From the human T2T-CHM13v2.0 reference genome, Homo sapiens: a DNA stretch of 64,000 nucleotides. Where the stretch lies: the NCBI RefSeq assembly GCF_009914755.1, contig NC_060932.1, one strand, 5' to 3'. The position numbers and the translations under genes are program-made. A model generated the notes under the pieces. That model made no database searches and was not told the origin of the DNA. It worked only from the letters and a program-made list of their open reading frames with translations. Position 1 is the stretch's first letter. Each line of letters begins with the position of its first letter. Below are positions 27,485 through 40,272 of the stretch, one piece after another.

Positions 27485-28223
27485 AAAGAAACTATTCTAC
27501 CAAAAAGACACATGCAGTTGTATGTTCATTGCAGCACTATTCATAACAGCAAAGATATGGAATCAACCTAGGTGCCCATCAATGGTGGATTAGATCAAGA
27601 AAATGCAGCACATATGCACCATGAAATACTACACAGGCACAAGAAAGAATGAAATCATCTCATTTGCAGCAACATGGATGGAACTAGAGGCCATTATCTT
27701 AAGTATATTTCAATACTTTGGGATTATATTGATGTTTTCATAAAAAGGATACTAGTTCTCTACATATATTTATACTTGTTACTGATCAATGTGGATGCAT
27801 TCTCTTATCACATGTTAAACTGTTTCTACACTTTTTTCTCCTTGTTTTCTATCTTCTATTAGAATGTTCTCTTTATTCATTTATTCTTCCTTCACAATGG
27901 TTTGGAAGTTTTATAATTTACAATGAGTTTCTATTTAGATTTTAAGTTTTTCATGTTGAGCAAGTTACCTAATCTACGTATGAGTTTTCATATCTCTAGA
28001 AATGAGTTGATGAGAAAAAAATTCTTAACTGAGTTTCTGTTAGAATTAAATCAGATAATATAGCTAACACATTCAGATATTTAGCATATTGTCTGACTCT
28101 CAGTAAACAATCAAAGTAGATTGTGATGATGATGATGATGATAATATTTTGAACCTTTGCCAAAAATGATCTGAAAATCTTTCCAGACATTCAACTAACA
28201 GACAATTTTTGAGAAATAGATTG

Positions 28224-28241
28224 TATTGCACTAGTGCAATA
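28224..28241. repeat. perfect 18-bp palindrome TATTGCACTAGTGCAATA
   Basis: Self reverse-complementary. Confidence 0.95.
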
Positions 28242-29371
28242 GTGTAGTTTATTAGTGTGCAGGGAGTTTAATTATGTGCCTTCCTGCTAAAGCCTTTAGT
28301 GGGAAGTTGAAATATCAGCACTGTGGGAAATTGATTGATTAACTCAATCAAGATCATCCTCAAAGATGACTCCAAAAATATATCTGACAGCTTGTGGCTG
28401 AGGAAATCAGTCAGACTTCAGGAGTAGGAGGAGACAGGCAGAGAGATCATTTTCTTTTAATGATTTGTTCTGTATAAGAGAGATGGTATTTGATAACCCC
28501 ATGTGGAGAGTCCTTCCTTTTGTGTGTGGAGTTTTGAATATATCTTTTTAAAATTCACTCCAAGAAGATTTTCTATTCAACCTCTGGGGCTTATGGGTAT
28601 TTATTTGCCCTTCAGGATGTACTTTTTAACATAGAATATATACCACAAAATAAACTGTAATTTTAGTGGAAATGCACTGCAGAAAGGTCATTATGAAGCA
28701 CTGGTTCTGAAATAGTGAAGGGTCTATTTCACATAACGAGGTAATGGAGGCACAGACCACTGCCTGTGCTTTCCAGTCCTGAGATAATAATTACAGATAC
28801 CTAGGTAATGTACCCGGGACAATTGCAGGGCAGGGCATCCTTCTTTTTCTCCCCTTGTTCTTGACTAAGTGGCTTACCAGTCAGACTCATGAAAAGAACT
28901 GAGAAAAGACCCCCAGTGGGTACTCCATTTTTCACCTCTAGCAAATGTGCCTGTGCACGTGCGTACATGCCCGCCCCCACTCCCACACTCACTCTCTCTC
29001 TCTGCTCCTCTGAGTCTCTATTTCAACTGCCAGTGTCAAGAAGAAAGTTGGCATCTCACAAGCCACCTCATTACATTCTAGGGCTGCACTAACAGTTAAA
29101 AAGATAAAATCCTAATGCTGTCATTCCAAATTTTAGTTAGACCTAACAACTTATGTCATCAACTTTTTATCAGCATGCCTTCTGTGTGCTCATTTAAGAC
29201 CCTGAGAAAATTTTAGACAGGATAGAATTCAGAGCAGAGCTTGTGATACATCATTAAAGACATATTTGTTAATCTGTATGCTTCAGGTATATTCATTGTA
29301 AGAAGCTAAAATTTAAAGGAAACATTGGAATGTTTCACTGAAAGCATTTCGATGGCTCTATGTCATCTCCA

Positions 29372-29645
29372 TCAGTGTCACCTAAAGTGTGGTCTATGGG
29401 CTGGCGTTGGACTGCAATTGTTCATTTTCATTCAGCAACAAGATAAGTACAGAAATGAAGAATAAGTATAGTTACTTGGAAGAGTGGTTTTATGTAGTTT
29501 AATCTCATAATTAAAGATTTGGGTACTATGTCATTATTTTTTTAATTATTCATTTTAATGTGTTTTACAAAAAGATTGGCCTGTGAAAGAATGAAAGTTA
29601 AAAAGAAAAATGAGTCTTTTGCCAAAGCAGTTTGCTAAATGTTGA
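29372..29645. mobile_element. degenerate hAT-Charlie-type DNA transposon
   Basis: 'cagtgtcacctaaagtgtggtc...caagataagtacagaaatgaagaataag' resembles Charlie-family ends. Confidence 0.4.
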
Positions 29646-32600
29646 ACTATAGGGTTAAGTCCCAGATCTTGGTATGATCCACAAAGTCACTGATGTCCTG
29701 GTCCCTGCTCAATTCTCCAACCTTAGCACCTGCCTCTTCCTCTCCCATTCACAGCACTGAGATCTCACCATATAAAGTCACATGTACTGGTCTTTTAGAA
29801 ATGCTGGCCCCTCTGCCTAGAATGCTTTTATATTCTTAGCTGGCTGCTAGATTTCTACTTATCAGTTGAGCCCAGCCTTTCTGTGTGAGTCAAAGCCCTT
29901 AGCTGCAAGTGACAGACACAACTCAAATGATTTAAACAGGAAGGACATCATGGACGGAGATGGGGCTGGCTTCACACTCAACAGGATCCAGATACTAGAA
30001 CAACAAGAACTACTTCAGTTATCTCTCTCTCTGTGTGTTTCTTCTCCTCACTCTCTCTCTTTCTGACACCCCTACCATGCTCTAGTATTACTGTTTTACT
30101 CAGTTTTACAGTAGACAGGCTTGCTCCATATAGCAGAAGACATTGTAGAACCAGCTATGTCAACCTAACTTAACAACACAAGAAGAAAGGGATGTCTTCC
30201 TTGGTTTCAGAAAAAAATCATCCTAGAAAGGATTCATATTGTTTTCAATTGTATTAAGTGCTCACTTTTGGCCTTTGGAAGGATTTCTGTGGCCAAGGAG
30301 AAGGGACATTCTCTGCAGTTCAATTTCCAACCTTCCACTATAGAGACTGTTTTAAAATACAATTACAATTTTATCTCTCTCCATCTTTTGGCCCTCTTTT
30401 TCTCCTGCATCTACAGGAAGAACATCCTAGATATTTTGTACTGCTGTTTCCCACCACTTTTACTGGAGGAGTCAAAAAATGCAACCATTTCTTGAATCTG
30501 TGTCTTTCATATGCTGAAACAGCCTTCTCCCAGCAGTTCATGTCGCGAATCTCTAAGCATCTCTTAAAATTGACTGCAATGTCGCCTTCTCCGCAGGTTT
30601 TCTCTGATTATCTCTAAATAAAGATACTACTTACTCATGGAGACTATTTTACACTTCATATACTTTTGTTGGTGTATCTCTAATGTTCTACTATAATAAC
30701 ATGTCTTTCTTTTATAATACATTTTCTACTAAACTCTGAGCTTATCCAGTTGTCTAGCATAATGTTTGGCACATAGTAAATGTCAATTTTATGTTTGTTG
30801 AAATAAATTATAGCACTGATTCTTCTTGTATTACAGATGACCTGTTTATATACCTTCCTTTCATACTAAAGTCTGAACGTAGAGAAGTCATCATTGCATC
30901 CTCAGGAATTCACACACTGCTTAACATACAGTAACTGAAGAGAAATAAAAGATGAATAATTAAATGAATAAATTAAGTGGAAAATGAGTATATTTGGATT
31001 GCCCTTAATGACTGTACCAAGGCTTCATGTGCTAAACAGAGTGGCTGGTCTTGTGGGGTCACCTGGGCCTTGTTTTTCAGCCTCCCTTTCTTATAACTTA
31101 TCATATGACATTGAGTACAAGACAGGTGAGCAGGGGCTACTTAGCTTACAGAGACAGAATTGGTCATTGGGCCCTGGGCCATAGCTGAGGCCCATGACTA
31201 CATCCTAGTTCTACTCAATGTTTGTTAAATAACTCCTCAGGTCAACTCACTTCCCTTGTAGTCCTTGGGATCTAAAAGGCAGGGATCTTCTACTCTAAAT
31301 TATTAGCTGGCTACAAAGAAACATACATCTCTAGAGGAGCTGTTTATACAGATTCTCTCAAGGCATAAACAGCCAGCTAGCGATCTGGTTCTGCTGATAT
31401 TTGCCTCAGGAACTGTGTATATATCTTGCATATGGGGTTAAAGTGGGCAGCACAGAAAGGAGGAGCCATGGGAAGGGTGGCTCACCATTGTAAATAAGAA
31501 CAAAGTCTGACCATGATAACCATTGCCATGGTGACAGCCATTTCTATGTCTCTAGAGTACACACAACTTATCATTAGCTGTCCCTTCCACAGTGTCAGGC
31601 TGACACAACCAGAGGAGTCTTTAATGTCTCAAAGCTGCACACAATAGAGGGTTACACCTTAGCCGTTTATTTCCGTTAAGCAAAAGCTAAGAACAATCTC
31701 TTATGTCCCTGTTTTCTGGGATTCCTCATCATGTTGGGAGACTGGAAAGCAGACATATTTGGTGTAGGGCCTTGATGTGTCTTGTTTGAAAAAATGCCAC
31801 GATCTGATTAGAAATAATCACTTTGGAAGGGACTTTGTAAGAGTAAGATATTTTTGTTATTCTTGAGCATTCTATCTTTTATAAAAATGCTTGATAATTA
31901 ATACTTGGTAATCTGTTGATCTCTTGTAAAATCCTCTAGAGAAGGTCCCTGTTAAGTTCACTCTTTGATCAATGCATAAACAGGAACAGATCTGTTTCAA
32001 AATATGCTTATTGTGTTAGCATGATTGTGCATTATAATTTGCTAGAATGATCGTGACCTCTACAATAAAATTGCATAGCAGAAACATTATTTAAAACTTT
32101 GGAATAGTTATTTAACTATATTTAACTACTATTATTCATTCACCTCTTATGACTACAATTATGAGATTTCACTATACCAATAGGATCAGATTTGCTATGT
32201 TGCCTAACCCACAGCTGATACTCAAAAACATTTATTGAATAAATAAGTAAATTAACAACAACAAACCTGTAGGTGTGTGATTATAAACACAGCGGCTGAG
32301 TGAAATCCCGAGAAACATAGGAAATGAAGGCAAACACTATATCCAATCTCAAATATTTGCTGTTTTTCAAATATGTTAGGCTGCTCAACCTTCAACATCT
32401 TGGAGCATGTTGTTCTTTCTGCCTTGAATGTCCTTCTATACTTTGTCCACCTAATAAACTCCTACACAATCAATTCTGTGCTCACCTCTCCCCAACCTCA
32501 GCCTCTCTTACCATCTCAACTAATGGAAGAATTAGTGATTCTTTCCTGCACATCACACTATAAATTGTAACTTCCTATCAGTGTTGATTCCACTAACCAC

Positions 32601-33435
32601 ACGGGACAGGACTGTCATGACATCGGCACTTAGAACTTCATCCGGCTCTCTCAAGGCCAAATTTGTCTTACTTAGCTTTATATTTTCAAGGCCTGCATAG
32701 AGTTAGGACTCAATAAATGTTTCTTTGAAAAAGTAATTTCAGTATACAGATGAGAATAAGATTCACATGCACCCAGAATTCATACACTGGAGGCAGAGGA
32801 GCATTGACTCAAATCCAAATTATTTAAAGTCACACAGCACGTAAGTGGTGGCCTCTGAAGACCTGCTAAGATTGGAAACTGGCTCTGTCTAATGCCAAAA
32901 CCCATGTTCTTTTTGCCATATTGTGAAGTACGTCTGGGGCTGTGGAAGTGGACTGGAGCAAGGAGGAAACGTTCCTGAAGTGGGTCATTGGATTTAACAT
33001 CTGTGAGAGCCTAGGAAGGGGCTGGTCCAGAGAAGTGATCGTAGAAGCAGGGAGAAACAGAAATACAATGCCATTCCTCAAGGCTCCATAATGCCTAGAT
33101 TTCACATGCCAAGAGAGGATTCCTGGTATAGCTCTTCAAATCATTCTCCACAACCAGTATAAGAAAGCAAAGGCATGCACTCTATTTTGAAACAAGACTG
33201 TAGTAAACTCTGAGAGAAATTCAAGTTTTGCTTCCCACTACATTCAGGCACATAGCAGGCACTTAATAAATACTTGGTGAATGAAAGAACATAAACCCAA
33301 AACAATTATGTGGCTGGAGTAAAATTTCTAGCTCTCCTTATGAAGTTGTGGGATCTCAATTTTTAGTTGGGTTTATTTTTACCTTAGAGTTAGGGGAGGT
33401 GATGGAGGTAAAAACAGAACTTCTCTGAAGGAATG

Positions 33436-33798
33436 TGATATGGCTTGGCTGTGTCCTCACCCAAATCTCATCTTGAATTGTACTCCAATAATTCCCATGT
33501 GTTGTGGGAGGGAACTGGTAGGAGATAATTGAATCATAGGGGTGGTTTCCCCCATATTGTTCTCATGGTGGTGAATAAGCCTCATGAGATCTGATGGTTT
33601 TATCAGGGGTTTCCGCTTTTGCACCTTCCTCATTCTCTCTTTGCCTGCTGCCATCCATGTAAGATGTGACTTGCTCCTCCTTGCCTTCTGCCATGATTGT
33701 GAGGCTTCCCCAGACACATGGAACTGTAAGTCTAATTAACAATCTTTCTTTTGTAAATTGCCCAGTCTTGGGTATGTCTTTATCAGCAGCATGAAAAA
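33436..33798 (+). mobile_element. THE1B/THE1A MaLR solo LTR
   Basis: 'tgatatggcttggctgtgtcctcacccaaatctcatcttgaattgt...gggtatgtctttatcagcagcatgaaaa'; TSD GAATG at 33431-33435 and 33799-33803. Confidence 0.95.
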
Positions 33799-35002
33799 GA
33801 ATGGTGCTTGTTTTGAATGTTATTCCTACCATTTGGTATAGTGAAAAGGAACTTTTCAGGAGTTCTCTTAAATACTTCACATCTCCAGGCAGTGGTACTT
33901 TAATATCTTTTAAAATATGAAAAGCTTTTCCCCCACAGTCTTCCACCTGGCTCTATCCCCAGGGTGACTTGCTGAACTGCACAGCATCTCTGCTGCACCT
34001 GTGTTTGATCTTGCAAGCACTGAACTGCAGTCCTTGGGCCTTGGACTAAAGACAACTTTCAGCACTTACATAAAGCTACTTTGAGCACTCTGCCAAGGAC
34101 TTGGGAGACACTTTTTTCAAAGAAACAAATACATTTGGTTTCTGGAGGTAGCAGAAAGCCAGGCCAATTTTTTTTCCTGCCTTTTCTTTGTCTCTGTCTC
34201 AGTCTGAGATATAACTAATTATATACAGGGGCTAAGGGAGCAGCCACCAAAATCACTTCTTCACACAGACTATGGGCTACAAGGAAACCTAGGTCAGCAT
34301 TGTCTTCCAGAAATGCAAATTAAAATAATAGCTTCTGTCTGCATATCAGGGATCACAAGCTTGAAAATATGATGGCAATACAGGAAGTACAGTTCACAAG
34401 CTCACAACTGGAAAAAATGTACTATTTCTTCTTGGACAATAGAAATCTATTTTCTGAGGCTTTGAGCATTGTCCCAGAATGCCTTCAATGTTAAATCTCT
34501 GAAGTGTCTACATAAAACAAGAAGGTCTGGGTGCCTGGAATAAACTTTCTTTGGCCTTGAAGACAGTCTGAGTACCTGGTTTCCTAATAGCAGCATTGCA
34601 GTCAATTCCAGGGCAGAAGCTATACTCAATTGCATGCTGCATCCTAGATGTACATAAGCAGACTGTGTTACTAAATTTAATACATGCACCAGGGCTGGTC
34701 AACATCTACGAATATAAAGGCATATGTCTGGTAGAATTTTGTATAACCTCGGTGGAATCAGTTCATATAGGAATGAATATAAATGGAGAAATCTTCAATG
34801 GACTCTCTTCTCTACCTATTGGCATCTTGATACTTTTCCTAGCCTGATAGCAGAGGTCATCCTACCCTAGTAGTATTTCATTACACATTTTTTTCTGATC
34901 TCACATTACATTTCAAATTGCATAACTTTTCAATAATGAATTCTCTGCATGTGTACATGTGACCAACACTCTACTAAGAGCTTTACAAATATTTTTTATA
35001 TT

Positions 35003-35700
35003 CCTCATTCATTCAAAAACTATCTATTGAGCACCTACCATATGCCATGCATTGCTTTAGGCTGTGGTGATAAAGTTTCACAAAGCTTATGTGCAAGTGC
35101 AGAGACACAGAAAATATCAACATGTAGCTCATTAATTCCAGAACATAAGTGATAATGAGAAAATAAATTCAAGTAAGGCAAAATAAGTTTTAGGTAAGGG
35201 CATTTAATGAGGGCATTTAGGAAAAGCCTCTCTGAACAGCCACCTGAATTATCAAACGCATGAGTCATGCAAAAATCTGGAAAGAGATTCTTCCAAGCAG
35301 AGAGGACAAGGAGACCAAAAGCTCTTACTTGGTTCCAATTTGGTGCATTTGAGAAACGACTTGAAACAAGTCAGGAAAAAAATAATAGAAGATGAGGTCA
35401 AACAGAAAATCAGAAACTTAAACGTGTTGGGCCTTGGAGACCATGGTAAGGAGTTTGCATTTTATTCTAAAGATAATGGAAAGCCTACTTGTACATTTTA
35501 TTTTATTTCACACTTTTAAAAAATTGAGATAAAATATGCACATGAAATTTACTGTCTTTACCATTTAGCTATGTATTTTAAATATTACACTGGCCATGGA
35601 GTGGAAAATCAACTACAGAAGGCAAGAGTAGAAAGAGACAGGATGCTCTTGCAATTCAGGTCAGAGGTGATGGGGTAGCGAGGTGAATTTGGGATGCCTT
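35003..35700 (-). mobile_element. L2 LINE 3' region
   Basis: 'cattcattcaaaaactatctattgagcacctaccatatgcca...ggaaaagcctctctga...ccatggtaaggagtttgcattttattctaa...aatggaaagcc'. Confidence 0.85.
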
Positions 35701-36439
35701 GCATAGCTAGTGAGTCATGCTCATTTGATCATGCAGTAACCCTTTCAGATGAAGACACTGAGATGGTGGGGTAGAGTTGTAATGTATTTAAAGGTGAATT
35801 GAATAAGTTAACCTTATAATAATCCAGAGAGGTGAAAAATAACTGATGATAAGGAAGCAAGCCTCTATTGCAAATTCAAGAGAGGAGTTGGGGCAGCTGG
35901 GTAGTTAATTTGTGTGAAAACCTCTCATAACCATTTTCTTCAGTTACTATCTGGAAATTTCCATGAAAAGTTTCTATTTTGGTTGATTCTTGCAGACAAG
36001 GGCATCATCATTCCTTCACTTGATGTCTTTTTACCCCAAGGAACACTCAGAAACTCAACATTTTGTTTCTTACTTATTTTGATTGTTCACTTTTCTGTTT
36101 GAGGTTTGCTTCTCTCTCCTTTGCTGATGAGTCACCAGAAAAAAAATGCTTTTACAAACTCCCATAGCTGCCTTTTTTGCTCTGTGTTGACAAAGAGAGA
36201 ATGCTGTTGGGCAAAATTTGATGTAGCTGGCTGTTTGTTTTCTTGGAGGACCCAAAGGTGAATATAAATAATTTAAAATAGCCTTCAATGACCACTGTGT
36301 CAGTATCTGGGTTACAAAATTAAGTAATCAAGCTAAAATACAAGAAAAAGAAATATAAAAGAATTTGAAGGAAAACCTAAGATTTGATTTGGCGTAACAC
36401 ACATTTATTGAGCACTCAATGTTGAATACCCACAAAAAA

Positions 36440-36655
36440 AGAGCTAAAGACCTACACTTACTGAGTGTCATGTGCCTATATACACTTGAATCCCGAAAAG
36501 ACAATGCAATGGGTACAATTATTATCATCATTTTCTACATGAGGAAATAAGCAAGTTTAGAGACATTAGAGCAATTACTCTAATCCCATAACTAGAAAAT
36601 GGCAGAGTGGGCCTTGGCTTGTGATGGCCTGATTCTAAGGTCCTGTTCTCAATGA
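36440..36655 (-). mobile_element. MIR SINE
   Basis: 'cacttactgagtg...attattatcatcattttctacatgaggaaa...actagaaaatggcagagtggg'. Confidence 0.65.
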
Positions 36656-36730
36656 CCAGAGGGTCTGCTTCTCAAATAAGAGGCCCTTTAGGAGTTCACT
36701 ATCTGGTGGTGCACGATAAAAGAAAGCTAT

Positions 36731-39083
36731 TGTATTATCTGTTTTCACACTACTATAAATAATTTTCTGAGACTGAGTAATTTATAAAGAAAAGAGGCTT
36801 AATTGACTCACAGTTCTGCATGGCTGGGGAGGCCTCAGGAAATTTACAATTATGGCAGAAGGTATACATACTTACAATTAAGGGGAAGCAAGTACCTTCC
36901 TCACAAGGCAGAAGGAAAGGGGGAGTGGAAGTGCCACACTTTTAAACCATCAGATCTTGTAAGAATTTTATCACAAGAATAGCAAGGGGGAAACTGCCTC
37001 CACAATCCAATCACCTCCCACCAGGTCCCTCCCTCCACACATAGGGATTATGGGGATTACAATTCAAGGTGAGATTTGGGTGGGGACACAGAGCCAAATC
37101 ATATTATTCCGCCCCTGGCCTCTCACAAATCTCATGTCTTTCTCACATTTCAAGACACAATTGTAGCTTCCCAACAGTCCCCCAAAGTCTTAACTCATTG
37201 CACATTCAATCCAAAAGTCCATGTCCAAAGTCTCACCTGGGTCAAGGCAAGTCTTTTCTTCCTATAAGCCTGTAAAATCAGAAGCAAGTTAGTTACTTCC
37301 AAGATAGAGTGAGGGTACAGGCATTGGGTAAATGTTTCCACTCCAATTGGGAGGAATTGGCCAAAACAAAGGGACCACAGGCCTCATTCAACTCTGAAAG
37401 CTGGCAAGGCACTCAGTAAGTCTTAAAGCTCCAAAATAACCTTCCTTGACTCCAGATCTCACATCCAGGGCATGGTGATGCAAGGGGTTGGCTCCCAAGG
37501 CCTTCAGAAGCTCTGACGCTGTGTATCTGCGGGGTTCAGCTCCAGCAGCTGCTTTCATGGGCTGGTGTTGAGTGCTTGAGGCTTTTCTAGGTACAGGGTG
37601 CAAGCTGTTAGTGGATCTACCATTCTGTGGTCTGGAGGACAGTGGACCTCTTCTCACAGCTTCACTAGGCAGTATCCCAATGGGGACTCTGTATGGGGAC
37701 TCCAAACCCATATTTCCCCTCTACCTTGCCGTAGTAGTGGTTCTCCATGAGGGTTCCTCCCCTAAAGCAGACTTCTGCCTGGACATCCAGGCATTTTCAT
37801 ACATTCTCTGAATGCTAGGCAGAGGCTCCCAAAGCTCAGCTCTTGTCTTCTGCACACCCATATGACCCGTACAATGTGGAAGCCACCAAGGCTTGGAGCT
37901 TGCACCCTCTGAAGCCATGGCCCGAGCTGTACCTTGGCCCCTTTTAGCCACAGCTACAGCTGGAGCAGCTGGGTCACAGGACACCATGTCCTGAGACTGC
38001 ACAAAGAAGTGGGACCCTGGGCCCAGCCCATGAAACAATTTTTTCCTCCTAGGCCTCTGGGCCTGTGATGGGCCATGAAGATCACTGAAATGCCTTGGAG
38101 ACATTTTCTCTATTGTCTTGGCTATTAACATTTAGCTTCTCTTTACTTACGCACATTCCTGCAGACTGCTTGAATTTCTCCCCACAAAATGGGGTTTTCT
38201 TTTTTACCACATGATCAGTCTGCAAATTTTCCAAACCTTTGTGTGTTGCTTCCCTTTTAAACGTAAGTTTCCTTTTCAGAAATCTCTTTGTGAACTCATA
38301 GGACTGTAAGCTTTTAGAAAAAGTCAGGTCACATCTTGAATACTTTGCTGCCTAGACATTTCTTCTGCCAGATACCCTAAATAATCTCTCTCAAGTTCAA
38401 AGTTCCACAGATCTCTAGGGCAGGGGCAAAATGCCACCAGTCTCTTTGCTAAACCATAGCAAGAGTCACCTTTACTCCTATTCCCAACAAGTTCCTTATT
38501 TCCACCTGAGACCATCTCAGCCTGGACTTAATTGTCCATATCACCATCAGCATGTTTGTCAAAGCCATTCAGTAAGTCTCTAGGAAGTTCCAAACTTTCC
38601 CTCATCTTCCTGTCTTCTTCTGAGACTTCCAAACTGTTCCAATCTCTGCTGGTTACCCGGTTCCAAAGTTGCTTTCACATTCTCAGGTATCTTCATAGCA
38701 ATGCCCCACTACCTTGGTACCAATCTACTGTATTAGTCTGTTTTCACACTGCTATAAAGAACTACCTGAGACTGGGTAATTTATAAAAGAAAGAAGTTTA
38801 ATTGACTCACAGTTCTGCATGGCTGGGGAGGCCTCAGGAAACTTACAATCATGGTGGAATGTGAAGGTGAAGCAAGCAGCCTCTTCACAAAGAGGCAGGA
38901 GAGAGAGGGTGGGGGAAGTGCCACACTTTTAAACCATCAGCTCTAATAAGAAATCTATCATGAAAACAGCAAGGGAAAACTGCCTCCATGATCTAATCAC
39001 CTCTCACAAGGTCTGTCCCTCCACACATGGGGATTACAATTCAGGATGAGATTTGGGTGAAAACACAGAGCCAAACCATATCA
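36731..39083 (-). mobile_element. full-length THE1D-like ERVL-MaLR provirus (LTR-int-LTR)
   Basis: LTRs at 36731-37106 and 38729-39083 around a ~1.6-kb internal region; polypurine tract (revcomp 'ttccgcccctggcc') at 37107; perfect TSD GCTAT at 36726-36730 and 39084-39088. Confidence 0.95.
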
Positions 39084-39289
39084 GCTATTAACAGCCAGGA
39101 GTGATTTGAGGGTTATTGAGCAAAGTTATCTGGAAGAGCTGTCATTTATGGTGGGATTGGAACAAAGTATATGATTTAAATAAGAAGCTATACCTTATCT
39201 TAGGCCAAACCAATGGATAAAAAGTAAGGAATCCAGAGTATTATATAATGAATTTTTTCTCTGGGTTGCCAAGGAATAATTTTTGCATA

Positions 39290-39870
<581 letters not shown>

Positions 39871-40044
39871 CACACGTCTTTCATAGGTTTGACTAGTGGA
39901 CTTGGTTTAAATGACTGAAATTAGGAGTTACGATTTTCCATAATTTTTGTTAAGTCCCTTGATTTCTCAGTTATCATGTTCCTTCTCTAAATCATGAAAA
40001 GCCTGAACTAAATAAATATTTCTAGGGTCTTGAATTTGACATTT

Positions 40045-40272
40045 ATCAAAAAAACATACAAATGGCCAACACATATATGGAAAAATGCTTGACGTCACTA
40101 ATTACAAGGGAAATGCAAATTAAAACCACAATGACAGATCATCTTACATCTGTTAGAATGGTTATTATCAATAAGACAAAAGATAACAAGTGTTGGTGAG
40201 AATGTAGTGTACAAGGAAACCCTTGTGGAATTTAAATTAGTATAGCCATTATGGAAAACAATATGAAAGTTC
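40045..40272 (+). mobile_element. L1M ORF2 3' fragment
   Basis: 'catacaaatggccaacac...gggaaatgcaaattaaaaccacaatga...gataacaagtgttggtgag...gccattatggaaaacaatatg'. Confidence 0.85.

Larger units (their letters stand above)
23003..27704 (+). mobile_element. older L1 (L1PA15/16-like) ORF2 remnant, interrupted at 26026-27496
   Basis: Colinear L1 ORF2 homology from the endonuclease region ('HPSITEYTFLSFSHGTYSK') through RT to the C-terminus, with many stops and frameshifts. Resumes at 27497 'ctaccaaaaagacacatgc'. Confidence 0.93.

Noticed and set aside
37388-38786. ORFs of 63-136 aa in the THE1 internal region
   Set aside because: Fragments of the decayed MaLR internal sequence; no continuous frame and no pol or env.
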